A stretch of DNA of 61,985 bases, filler included, from Choristocarpus tenellus KU-1152 (lineage: Eukaryota; Protista; Phaeophyceae), in the NCBI GenBank assembly GCA_964200185.2. It is 14 parts of 14 records of this genome, joined end to end, with 100 filler letters (N's around TTAATTAATTAA, not from the genome) between each part and the next. Parts side by side here need not be neighbours in the genome. Positions count along the whole stretch, not along the records: positions 1 to 7,138 come from CAXNAD020006628.1; positions 7,239 to 10,570 come from CAXNAD020020750.1; positions 10,671 to 14,224 come from CAXNAD020019297.1; 11 more parts are not named here. The stretch is one strand, 5' to 3'. The position numbers and the translations under genes were made by a program. Within the stretch, counting starts at the first letter, position 1. Each line of letters begins with the position of its first letter. The notes beneath the pieces are model-generated. The model made no database searches, had not been told where the DNA came from, and saw nothing but the letters and a program-made list of their open reading frames with translations. Below, piece after piece: positions 1 through 10,929 of the stretch.

Positions 1-837
1 TGATTGATTATATTTAGGTGGGGCATGCAATGCCACATAAAATCATAAATATTTCCTTTAATATGAGAAAGATTCTCATTCAACTAATCACTAGTAAAAA
101 TTTCTGATAACTCAACCACTAATTGATTGTTTTGTTACTCCATACATCTTTTACCGTAACTGTCCGATAGAGTTGGAAGAGTCTAATCGAACAATACCTT
201 CATCTCTTGGTGAACTATCCAGTCTTGTACATCCCCATGTGCGGAAAAATAAACTAAGTGGTATGTATGGTTGTTTGTATATGCAAGGTGATGGTTTGAC
301 ATTCCTGTTTGAATGTATTTGGCGTACTCCATTTGCTGTATGATTTGTAGCCTTACTGTTTAAATATTAGATTTGATGTTCCATAGAAAAAGACACTTGG
401 ATGATAATGGCTAGTCTGTCATAGATGTTTCATGGTGTTTATTGAGTGTATGACAGTGGTGGATTCTTAACGCATTCAGAGGTCTCTAGTTTATTTTTAT
501 TTTGTGTATGTTGTGTATAAAAGCAAAGGTACTCTTTTTGTGAATTGGATGTGTACTGTCGAAGTAAATGCTTTGATGTTAAGTACTAGAAGAGATTTGA
601 TTACTCCTGTAGGTTGAAGAGTATTTGTATTTTTAGTTAGATATTTATTGTTTATATAACCTATGAATGTATATTGTCACACAGGTGAGGTACATTGACG
701 TGAAGTGGAGTAAGTGTTTTTTTGTGAATTGTTAGTGATGTACTTGTTGTTCATTTTGTGTATGGTTGTGTTACCCGCAAAGGTAACCTTACTTCCTATG
801 TGTGAACTGTGTGTGTCTTGTATTTCTTCCCAAACAG

Positions 838-909
838 GAGACATACCTTCATCTCTCGGTGGCCTCTCCAATCTTGTGCATCTCGACCTTAGTTTCAATA
901 ATGTACATG
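838..909 (+). CDS. 72-nt LRR exon GDIPSSLGGLSNLVHLDLSFNNVHG (open)
   Basis: CAG acceptor 835-837, GT donor 910, one 24-aa LRR. Confidence 0.9.
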
Positions 910-1522
910 GTATGTTTGGTTGTCTAAGATGCGAGGTTGATTCTTTGACATTGTTCTTTGCATATATTTGACGTACTCCATTTGTTGTGTGATTTGTGGG
1001 CGTATTGTTTAAATATCAGATTTGATATTCCGTAGAAGAGGGCATTTGGATTATATTGACTAGTGATAAATATGATAATGTGTTTGTTGCGTGGGTGATC
1101 ATGGTGGGTTCTTGACACATTTGGAGGTCCCTAGTATATTTTGATGTCTTGCATGTTTGATGTCTAGTGTATAAAAGCAAATACACTTCTTTTGTGAATT
1201 GGATGTGTACTGTTTAGATAAATGTTTTGATGTTAAAGACTAGAAGAGAATATATGAGTCCTGTAGGTTGAATGAGTACTTTTATTGTTGGTAAAATATT
1301 TAATATTTCTGTAAACTACGAATATATATTCTCACACAGGTAAGGCGCATTGATGTGAAGTGGCGTAGGCAGTTTGTTATGAATTGTTAGTGAGATGCGT
1401 TGTTGTTGTTCACTTTGTGTATGATTGAGTTTGTTGTTAACTCCAACCTAACCTTACCTCCTGAGCTAACCCCACCTCCTATGTGTGAACTGTGTGTGTG
1501 AAATGTATTTCTTGCCTGACAG

Positions 1523-1594
1523 GAGATATACCATAATCTCTTGGTGGACTCTCCAATCTCGCACATCTTAATCTTAGTTCTACTGAACTACGTG
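1523..1594 (+). pseudogene. 72-nt LRR exon with in-frame stop
   Basis: GDIP*SLGGLSNLAHLNLSSTELRG; TAA at 1534-1536 where other copies have TCA. Confidence 0.9.
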
Positions 1595-1766
1595 GTATGT
1601 TTGGTTGCTTGTAGATGCAAGGTTGATGCTTTGACGTTGTTGTTTTTATATATTTGATGTGCTCCTTTTGTTGCATGATTTGTGGCCATACTGTTTAAAT
1701 GTCGGATTTGATGTTCCGTACAATAAGATGTTTGGTTTATATTGATTTGTCTGTGATAGTTGTGAC

Positions 1767-2119
1767 GCTGGATATGACAAACCCTAAATCCCTACCTCAA
1801 TTTATATTAATCCTACTCGATCAAGTCGATAAACCCACAAGAGGTGAACCAACCCAATCCACACTTAACCACAAACCAACACCCAAAACACTCCATCCCA
1901 GAAATCGACCCCTAAGGAGGCTACTTTTGCAACATCTAAGCGCTAAGTACATACGCTAGATGCAGACTATGCAATATTCCACCGAAAAAATACCCTCCAT
2001 GATTAAAGACACTCGAATATGCCTTTTTCCAAACATTTTCATACCATTTTCCAACACTATATAAGGGCCCATTTGGACACCCCAGTGCAGACCCTCACCC
2101 CCCCCAGATACTTTGGCCC
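1767..2119. mobile_element. ~350-bp insertion in an LRR intron ending in a MITE family B terminus
   Basis: Absent from sister introns; ends CCATTTGGACAC...CCCCCCAGATACTTTGGCCC; left terminus not recognisable. Confidence 0.7.
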
Positions 2120-2546
2120 TTACATTGTGTTTGTTGCGGGGATGACAATGGTGGGTTCTGGACGCATTTAGAGGTCCCTAGTCTAATTTGATACCGTAGA
2201 TGTTTGTTGTGTAGTGTAAAGAGCAAATATACTTCTTTTGTAGATTGGATATTGTTAAGACAAATGTTTTGGTTTTCAGGACTAGATGAAAGTAGATTGA
2301 TCCTGTAGATTGAGTACATTTTATTGTTGGTTAGATAAATACCTTATGTTTCTCTCTATATATGTATCTATCGATGTATATTCTCAGACAGGTGAGGTGT
2401 ATTAATGTCAAGTGGTGTAGGTTGTTTGTTGTGAATTGTTAGTGATATGCGTATTGTCGTTCATTTTGTGTGTGATTGTGTTAGTTGCAAAGTTAACCTT
2501 ACCTCCTATGTGAGAACTGTATGTGCCTTGCATTTTTCCCCAACAG

Positions 2547-2618
2547 GAGACATAACTTCGTCTCTTGGTGTTCTTTACAAGCTCCAAGTTCTCATTCTCA
2601 GCAACAACAATATATGTG
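2547..2618 (+). CDS. 72-nt LRR exon GDITSSLGVLYKLQVLILSNNNICG (GC donor)
   Basis: CAG acceptor; donor GCATGT at 2619 where sister units have GT. Confidence 0.85.
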
Positions 2619-3209
2619 GCATGTTTGGTTGTTTATAGGTGCGAGGTTGATGGGTTGCCATGGGTGTTTGTATATATTTGACGTACTACATTTGTTGTGT
2701 GATTTGTGTTCATACTCTTTAAATTTCAAATTTGATGTTCTGTAGAGTAAGACATTTGGGTGATATAGACTAGTCTGTGATAGATGTGACATTGTATTGT
2801 GTGTATGACAATGGTGGATTCTTGAAGTATTCAGACCTCGCTAGTTTAACTTGATGTTATGCATGTTTGATGTGTAAGTGTATAAAAGCAAAGATACTTC
2901 TTTTGTGAATAAGATATGTACTGTTGAGATGAACATGTTTTGATGCTAAGGACTAGTAGAGAGTAGATGAGTCTTGTAGGTTGAATGAGTACCTACTTTG
3001 CTGGTTAAATATTTAATGTTTCTGTAATTATCTATGTCTATTCTCACACAAGTGAGGTGCATTGATGTGAAGCGTGTAGACTGTTTGTTGTGGATGGTAG
3101 TGATGTGTGTTGCTATTTTTCACGTAGTGTAAGATTGTGTAGTTAACCGCAAAGGTAACCTTACCTCCTATGTGTGAACTGTGTGTGCCTTGTATTTCTT
3201 CCATAACAG

Positions 3210-3282
3210 GAGAACATTCCATCATCTCTTGGTGGCCTCTCCAATCTTACTTATCTTGATTTCAGTTTCAATAATTTAAGTG
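3210..3282 (+). pseudogene. 73-nt LRR exon (+1 frameshift)
   Basis: GAGAACATTCCA has one extra base; rest reads IPSSLGGLSNLTYLDFSFNNLSG. Confidence 0.85.
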
Positions 3283-3788
3283 GTATGTATGGTTGTTTGT
3301 AGATGCAAGGTTGAAGCTTTGCAATGGCTATTTAGATACAATTGACGCACTTACATTTGTTGTGTGATATGTGGCCTTACTATTTAAACGTTAGATTTGA
3401 TGTTCTGTAGAGTATGACATTTGGATTATATTGACTAGTCTGTGATAGATGTGACATTGTATTGTGTATATGACAATGTTGAGTTCTTGACGTAGTTTGA
3501 ACTCTCTTGTGTATTTAGATGTTTTGATGTTGAAGACTAGACGAGAGTAGATGAGTCCTGTACGTTGAAGAGTACTTTTCGTTGTTGGTTAAATATTCGA
3601 TGTTTCTGTCAACTATTAATATATATTCTCACACAGGTGAAGTGCATTGATGTGAAGTGGTGTAGGTGGTTTGTTGTGAAGTATTAGTGATGTGTTGTTC
3701 ATTTTATGTATGATTGTGTTGTTAAGCGTAAAGCTAGTTTCACCTCCTATGTATGAACTGTGTGTTACTTGTATTTCTTTCCCAACAG

Positions 3789-3860
3789 GAAACATACCTT
3801 CATCTCTTGGTGGCCTCTACAAGCTTTAAGTTCTCTATCTCAGTGACAATGAACTAAGTG
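3789..3860 (+). pseudogene. 72-nt LRR exon with in-frame stop
   Basis: GNIPSSLGGLYKL*VLYLSDNELSG; TAA at 3827-3829. Confidence 0.9.
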
Positions 3861-4457
3861 GTTTGTTTGTTTGTTTGTAGGTGCGAGGTTGATGGTTTAC
3901 ATTGCTGTTTGTATATATTCGACGCACTACATTTTTTTGTGTGATTTGTGTCCATACTGTTTATATGTCAGATTTGATGTTCCATAGAGGAGGGCATTTG
4001 GATAATATTGATCAGTCTGTGATATATGTGACAATGTGTTTGTTGTGTGTTTGACAATGGTTGATTCTTGAGATATTCAGAGCTCTCTAGTTTCTTTTGA
4101 TTTTGTGTATGTTGTGTATGTTGTGTCGTGTATAAAAGAAATATATACTTTTTGTGAATTGGGTGTGCAATGTTTAGATAGGTATATTGTGATGTTAAGG
4201 ATTAGGCGAGAGTAGATGAGTCCTGTAGGTTGAAGGAGTATTTTTTGTTATTGGTTAGATATTAATGTTTCTGAAAACTATTAATGTATATTCCGACACA
4301 GGTGAGGTGAGTTGATGTAAAGTGGTGTAGGTGGTTTGTTGTGAATGGTAGTGATTTGTGTTGTTGTTCATTTAGTGTAAGATTGTGTTGTTAACCGCAA
4401 AACTAACCTTACTTCCCATGTGTGAACTGTGTGTGCCTTGTATTTCTTCCCCAACAG

Positions 4458-4529
4458 GAATCATATCATTATCTCTTGGTGGTCTCTCCAATCTCGCAGT
4501 TCTTTTCCTCCGTTACAATGAACTAAGTG
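4458..4529 (+). CDS. 72-nt LRR exon GIISLSLGGLSNLAVLFLRYNELSG (open)
   Basis: CAG acceptor, GT donor at 4530. Confidence 0.9.
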
Positions 4530-5862
4530 GTATGTTTGGTTGCTCGTAGATGCAAGGTTGATGCTTTGACATTCCTGTTTGAATACATTTGGCGAACTCC
4601 ATTGTTGTGTGATTTGTGGCGTTACTCTTTAAATGTCAAATTTGATGTTCGATACAATAAGACATTTAGATGATATTGACTAGTCTGTGATAGTTGTGAC
4701 ATTATGTTTCTTTCGTGAATGATAATGGTGGGTTCTTGACGCATTTAGAACTCTCTAGTTTAACTTGATGTTGTGTATGTTGTGTAGTGTATAAAAGCAA
4801 AGATACTTATTTTGTGTACTGTTGAGATAGATATGTTTTGGTGTTCAGGACTAGTGGAGAGTAGATGAGTCCTGCAGGTTGGATGTGTACTTTTATTGTT
4901 GGTTAAATATTAAATGTTTCTGTAATCTATCAATGTATATTCTCACACAGGTAAAGTACATTGATATGAAGCGGTGTAGGTGATTTGCTGTGAATTATTA
5001 GTGATGTGCGTTGTTGTTGTTCACTTTGTATATGAATGTGTTAACCGTAACGCGAAGCTTACCACATATTCGTCAACTTTGTGGGTTTTTTACTTTGAGG
5101 ATGGAAATTTATAAATTGGATTCAGTAATGATATCAATATTAATATTGTTCTGGTGGTGCCATTAATGTGAAACGATTGTTCATTTTTTTGTTGGGTAGG
5201 TGTGCTCCCCACTTCTGGACAGCTTCGAGCACTTAGCAAGGTCTTGGTGGACGGTAAGGAGTATGTTTGATGGTGTTTGATCATCAGTATTTTAGGTTTG
5301 TGTTTCAAGGTATTCCCATTACCGAACGTTGAGTTGGATGAAATTTGTGTGGTGAAATGTTCAGAGGAGTATAACTACAGGAGGTGGGTTATATGTGTAG
5401 ATATTTTGCTTGTGTTGACTGGATTGTCAGAACTGAAGAGAGGTTTGTCTTGTTTTTTCCTCTCTGATCATAATGCTTCCTCTGGTGTTGAGGTATTGAG
5501 ATTATTGACTTTGCAGGTTCTGCTTATGCCACAACACTCTCAAAAACATAATACCTGTACCTAAAATAAAGTGTTGGACAGTTGCCTTTCTAAGTTTAGC
5601 ATGTGACGTGCAGATTGGGACTTAGACTTGATGAAGGGAAGGAGGGGTGAGAAATATCCAGTAACTATATCATCAAAGGACTTTGTGCCGAAGTCTCGAC
5701 CGGCAGGTTTGTTATTTTTACTTATTTAGTTTGACCATCCAACATTTGATGTTGATGTCATGATTAATATTCGTATGTGGTAGAATGTGACATGAAAAAA
5801 TATGATGGCAGTATTTAGTCATGCATGTGTTTAGTTCTCACATCATCGTTGTCCTTTGGCAG

Positions 5863-6722
5863 GTGTTACTGGGAAAATGGTGGCATGGAAACTAGGACCA
5901 TACTGTGAGACTTTGGGGTCTCCTGACTTTGAGCTGAAGGTTACTTCACTTAAGTCGATGTTTGATCCAGAGATGTTCACTTCAACTATGGACAGTATTC
6001 CGGCACTGATGACGATGTCATCAAGTACAGCTACTTTGGATGGGAAACGCTACTTGCTGCATCCCGCGGTGACCTGTTCAGCAAGAGAAGGTTTAGAATT
6101 TTCCTCACCCCTTCGACTGGGGTTTCCTGTTAGAGATGAGGAGAGAATAAACGTTGGACCAGATGATGAAAATCGTGTTGAGGGTAAGGAGGAAGCTTAC
6201 ATGAAGTACCTGGAGCAGGAATTTGGAGTGTGGGTACAGGAAGAGGGTGGTATGGAAGGGGTTTCTCTTGAGCCAGAAGTTGTGCAAGTGAAGAAGACCT
6301 TTTCTCTTGAAGCGTTGGTACCTTACTTCCCTAAATTCACTCTTGCGAGGCTAATCAATGAGGACAATAGTGTTAAAATTGTCGACATTGAGAAATTTGA
6401 TCATGAGAGCAGAACGTATGGGTTCCTTTTTGTCATCGATGGCCTTAAGAATGCATCTGGTGAGCCGCAGGACGTGACTGTCTTGTATAGGGATAGCTCT
6501 GTGTCGAGAGTCAGCGCAACTCATTGTGGGCTGTCCATCAGCCCCTTTGAAGGTGGTGCGGTAGATGTGGAAGCAAATTCTGGAGTTCCAGGAAATTGTG
6601 TGTTGAGCTATCAAGTCAAAGTTAGTGAAAGTGATCTGTGTATGTTAAGTGTTCCATGGACGATGGTTATATGGGTAACACAAAAGGAGCAAGAGGAAGG
6701 GCATCGAATAGTTCAGGATTGA
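5863..6722 (+). CDS. Terminal exon, ZU5-like domain followed by a beta-rich (UPA-like) region
   Basis: Open ~286 codons after a CAG acceptor. LLHPAVTCSAREGLEFSSPLRLGFP fits the ZU5 pattern LLSPvVxCgPxGxxFxxPVxLxxP. LVPYFPKFTLA sits where vxHFSxFxL lies. Confidence 0.65.
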
Positions 6723-7138
6723 GGAAAACGCCGTATGGACCACAAGAAAGCAATAGTATTTCTCAGTGTGTAAGGAATACCCTCTTGTGCGCAACTTGAT
6801 ATTTGAGACGTGGTGGACCGTGAAGAGGCTATTTGCCGAGCACTACTTAGCATCACGCCAAATATGTAAATTAATATATAAATGTATCTTACGTGTCTGT
6901 ACGGGTTCCTTCTAGTATGAGGAACAGCTCAACACCTCAGGCACATGATTCATTTTTTTATTGGAGTACAATCGTAACTTTTTTTGTCAAATGGCAGTTA
7001 ACTGGTAGTAGGTCAAAATGTTCTTATACAACAGCAGATTTCAAAAATTGAGGATGGAGCTTTTCATTGAGGATGGGCTTGACCCAAAATTGACTGGGAA
7101 AAAGTATCGATATGTTTTTTTTTTTAATGATGCTTTCT

Positions 7139-7238
7139 NNNNNNNNNNNNNNNNNNNNNNNNNNNNNNNNNNNNNNNNNNNNTTAATTAATTAANNNNNN
7201 NNNNNNNNNNNNNNNNNNNNNNNNNNNNNNNNNNNNNN
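7139..7238. other. Artificial contig linker (N44-TTAATTAATTAA-N44), first of 13
   Basis: Identical 100-bp linkers with stops in all six frames also at 10571, 14225, 21859, 24557, 30887, 33487, 36214, 40887, 44436, 47704, 50893, 56995. Confidence 0.98.
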
Positions 7239-7323
7239 GATCTGCTGATTGTGAGCTTAAATTCCTGGGGGGGGATCTGGCATGCTGGTTCCAGCGGTTG
7301 TGTCGAGGCCCAGGCGTTTGCTA
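7239..7323 (-). mobile_element. Fragment of RLE-type non-LTR retrotransposon
   Basis: AWASTQPLEPACQIPPQEFKLTISR matches TTLEPACQVPLIAFRLTASR in the relic at 31.7 kb. Confidence 0.55.
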
Positions 7324-7633
7324 CCATATATGTTATTTTTGGAGATATGTGAGCGAAAACGTTAAAACATACCAAAATACACATCAGGAGGAGTTACAGA
7401 CCTCTTTTTTGAGGCTTGTGTGGTGTTATAGTGGTTTATACTACATGAAATAGAAGCAATAGAAGCAATATGGTGACATCAAAAATAATAAATTTCAAAT
7501 TCAGAGATAGAATCATCGAACTCTCCAATGACTATAAAAATAAGATATTGTTAGCATTTTCACATACTCCCTAATGTTGATGGGGGACGTGGACGATACA
7601 CACTAGGATCCATCAGTCGTTCATTTCTATGAA

Positions 7634-10267
7634 ATGATGGAGAAACGTTCGGGGCAACGACAGTATAAATCTTACGGAAGCACGGGAAAGGGTGGGCCAG
7701 GGGAAGCTTTGGGTGCTGATGGAGAACGGTCAAGTCGCCTTAGCCCCAACCGACTTTGGGTACTTGCTGTGCTAGGTGTAGTGGGGTTGTATGGTGCTTT
7801 CGCCTTCTCGCTGCAAAACCGAACGACTTCTCCCGTGTCCGATGCGAACACCGTGAAAGATGTGATTAAAGGAGAAAAAAGCTCAAGTGGGGAGAACGCT
7901 GTTCTTGCTGAGGTATGATAGTCGATCCTTGGTTTCCCACACTGAAGAGTTTTGTGCTAACAATTAGTGCTCTAGGTATGGAGCACGACCCTTTCGTGGA
8001 AGGTTGCACCATTACAACAAAACATAGGTCGGAGGTCGGATCTAACCCACTTTCACCTCGCCTAATAATTTCCTCTCTGCCTTTGATAACATGTCCAGGT
8101 ACCCCAGCAAGGCAAGCTCACCACGCCACTTTTCGAAAACGGGTTGCCAAGTCCTCCAAGTGAAAAGATTACCGTTGGGGGAAACACTAGCCCATCCTCA
8201 CTGACCGAGCTGTCTGTGTATGCCCGGAATGAGTATGGCACATCGGATCCAGTCACACTTGCCCTTTATGGTTTTGACCTTCTGGCAGAACCCTACAGAG
8301 ACACTACACTCTCGGTTGAGTCGTCAGACTCTTCCACAGCTTCGACGAAGGGAACCGACACAAAATTCAATTGGTACCTTGCCTGGACGGACGATGATGG
8401 TTCAGTGGTTGATGGAGTGGAGCCAGAGCTGAACGGGGAATATGGGGCGGAGGTGGTGGTCAACCTCAAAAAGCCTGGACAAGTGTACAGACTAACGGTG
8501 GGACACAGAGACAAGGCAGTGTGGGCAGGCTTTTAATGGGGGATCAAACAGATTTTGGAAATGCTTCAAATACTAGATTTCACCTATAAAAAGGGCTTCG
8601 CACAACCATAGATATATAAATAGGGAGGGGTTTACATGAGTACGTCTCTTCCAATTTCTACAGGATCCTAATGATGTATTTGGAAGAAGTGCGATTCGTT
8701 AATATAGTACTCGTACAAGCAGCTTTTGTACTGCACCTTGGATTTGTCCCCACTGAAGATATAATCTACGTTTTTCTGAAATTGAGGAATTTTGCGCTTG
8801 CACCTTCCATTCACCCTTGTCCTCACTAAGTAAGGCAATGTTACGCAAAGGAAGATTGGGAGGACTGAGTGGGTTCCACAAAAATTCTTTTTACCTCTCA
8901 GAGAGTGCTGAAAAGTGGTTCTTGTCTACAGCCACTGTAGAGTAAGTTAACGCAAACAAACATCAAGCGCACACCCAAGTCCTCCGTTCCACACCAACTG
9001 CGATTCACTTCGTGTGCTGAGGTAACAAACTTCATCATGTACCATCAATAGCAACCGCGGATTAATATTTTACCCACCTGCCACAACATGCGACCTTACT
9101 CACCCCTAACGTGTCCTCGTCAGGTCTCTGAGGTGTTGTCAGATAAGAATGGAGGCCTTAGAAGGACCAATGCAGTAGAAGCGCCTGCATCTGTGAGCTT
9201 TTTGGTGACGTGCAAGTATGTGAGGCGAGAACTACGACAGCTGACAGACCAGGACCTAGATGACTTCATGTACGCCATGGGCGTTTTTTATGATGTTCCA
9301 GGGTCAGAGTCACCTGCCAAGTACGATCCTGACTTCGTCAGCGCCAAGGACATGGCAGCTTTGCATATCTCTCTGGCAAGTGGAAGGGGAGAATACATTA
9401 GGATGGATAGTGCCCATTGTGTATATTGTTGATGATGTTGTACACTTCTGGGTTCGTATCACATTGTAAGGGGGATTCAAATTGGTGACTTGGTAGTGTC
9501 TCTGTTTTTACAGTCTCATCATGCATTCCAATGTATACAGTTCGAGCAACATAGGGAGGCTGGGTGAGATCAGGGAAGGAACTAGTGGCGTGATCGAGGA
9601 TCATGAGTTGTGCAGCCACGGCATTATGTTGTGTAACAGCTATCACATCATATTCATGAAAAAGTCGAAGATAGATGGTCTTTACAGATAATTGTACTGC
9701 AATATATTACCCCTGACTTTTGAATTTGAATGTATCCGGTGTAGACATCACAGTTGAAAGAAGTTTCCCATCCCGATGAGAAGGGAGTATCATTGCACCA
9801 CTTGTGACTAACAAAGCCACAGCTGGATGCGCTCAAAAGCTCTTGGTGATTCGTCTATCTGGTCCCGAAATATTTTTCACATTCTCGATATCCTCCATGA
9901 TTTTTTTTTAAATAGAGTGCACTGAGCTGCGGGCGTCAACGCCTTTCCTTTTAGTAACTGCACAATTTCAATCTCATTTGTTTGTTTTGTTTTGCCTCTT
10001 TTGTTTTTATTACAAGAACCTTGATGTGCAGGGAGTGCGTTCGTCCAGAAATAATCTAACGCAACTTATGGGTGCCCTATCCCCTCCCCTTCCCTTCCCT
10101 CCCCCCTCCCCCCCTCATTAGATATACTGCTACCACAGGGGTTTGCAGTTCATCACGGCGCACACCGCCTTCAACATGGTGGTGGAAAGGTCTCTCCAGA
10201 TGGTCAATCCACGGGTTTCTCTTGCCTTCTGGGACTCCATGATTGAGAGCTCCACTCTTGGAACCAA
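7634..10267 (+). CDS. Tyrosinase / type-3 copper oxidase with N-terminal membrane anchor, 5' exons (3' off contig)
   Basis: Exons 7634-7912, 8099-8497, 9124-~9390 (donor unresolved), 10122-10267. Hydrophobic LWVLAVLGVVGLYGAFAF; YVRRELRQLTDQDLDDF; CuA histidines ALH...YHRGLQFITAH; ERSLQMVNPRVSLAFWD. Confidence 0.85.
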
Positions 10268-10671
10268 GTGAGTACACAACGTAAATTTTTACTGCTCTCT
10301 TTCTCCTGAGTGTGGGGGGGAGAGGATGCCTCCTTGTGTACGATGTTGCTCTCTGTGTATACCACAGATAATTTTATGATAATTTTCTTTTGGTGCAGCT
10401 GTGAGCTTCAATGCGTGTACGCATACATATATATATATGCAATAGTGTACATGTTTTTTTTTGTAAGTGTACTTTTTGTTGTAGAGTTTTCGTTTTTACC
10501 TGTCTGCTGTTTTAAAAAATACCTATTTGTTATTGCAATTGTATAGACCTTGGTTTTTTTTCGGGGGGGGNNNNNNNNNNNNNNNNNNNNNNNNNNNNNN
10601 NNNNNNNNNNNNNNTTAATTAATTAANNNNNNNNNNNNNNNNNNNNNNNNNNNNNNNNNNNNNNNNNNNNT

Positions 10672-10929
10672 GAGCCAAAGTATCTTAGAGGGTAGAGCCG
10701 CGTCCATTTGGGGGTCAAAATCCAATGTTCCGATTTTGATGTAATCTTGACTATTGTGTTTTTTAGGAAGTGTCAATATCCTTGTTCCGCACACACCTTT
10801 TCATAACGTATAAATATTACCTACTCCGAAACATATCGGAGTAGAAAAATGTCATAAAACACCTGTGGGAAGCTAAGCCCCAAATGGACAAACAGGGCAA
10901 GACTCGTACCCTCTAATATACTTTCACTC
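10672..10929. mobile_element. MITE family A, full length
   Basis: TIRs GAGCCAAAGTATCTTAGAGGGTA ... TACCCTCTAATATACTTTCACTC; at contig start. Confidence 0.9.

Larger units (their letters stand above)
171..5060 (+). repeat. Tandem array of about 7 exon+intron units (~580-690 bp)
   Basis: Introns are visibly homologous unit to unit (e.g. TATAAAAGCAAA, TCCTGTAGGTTGAA, CACACAGGTGAGG, CCTATGTGTGAACTGTGTGTG). Exon spacings 685, 1024 (with insertion), 663, 579, 669 bp. Confidence 0.95.
171..6722 (+). pseudogene. LRR-cassette + ZU5/UPA-like domain gene (5' part off contig); probably pseudogene or exon-skipping locus
   Basis: Phase-1 exons at 171-260, 838-909, 1523-1594, 2547-2618, 3210-3282, 3789-3860, 4458-4529 encode plant-type LRRs (GxIPSSLGGLSNLxxLxLSxNxLS). 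Capping exon 5200-5253, a disrupted exon near 5517-5706, and a long terminal exon 5863-6722. Three LRR exons carry lesions. Confidence 0.75.

Noticed and set aside
171-6722. ROCO LRR-GTPase or LRR kinase
   Set aside because: No P-loop/ROC-COR or kinase motifs in the terminal exon.
7183-7194. TTAATTAATTAA as a biological motif or piggyBac site
   Set aside because: Always centred in exactly 44+44 Ns; an artificial six-frame stop linker. ORFs containing X runs are artefacts.
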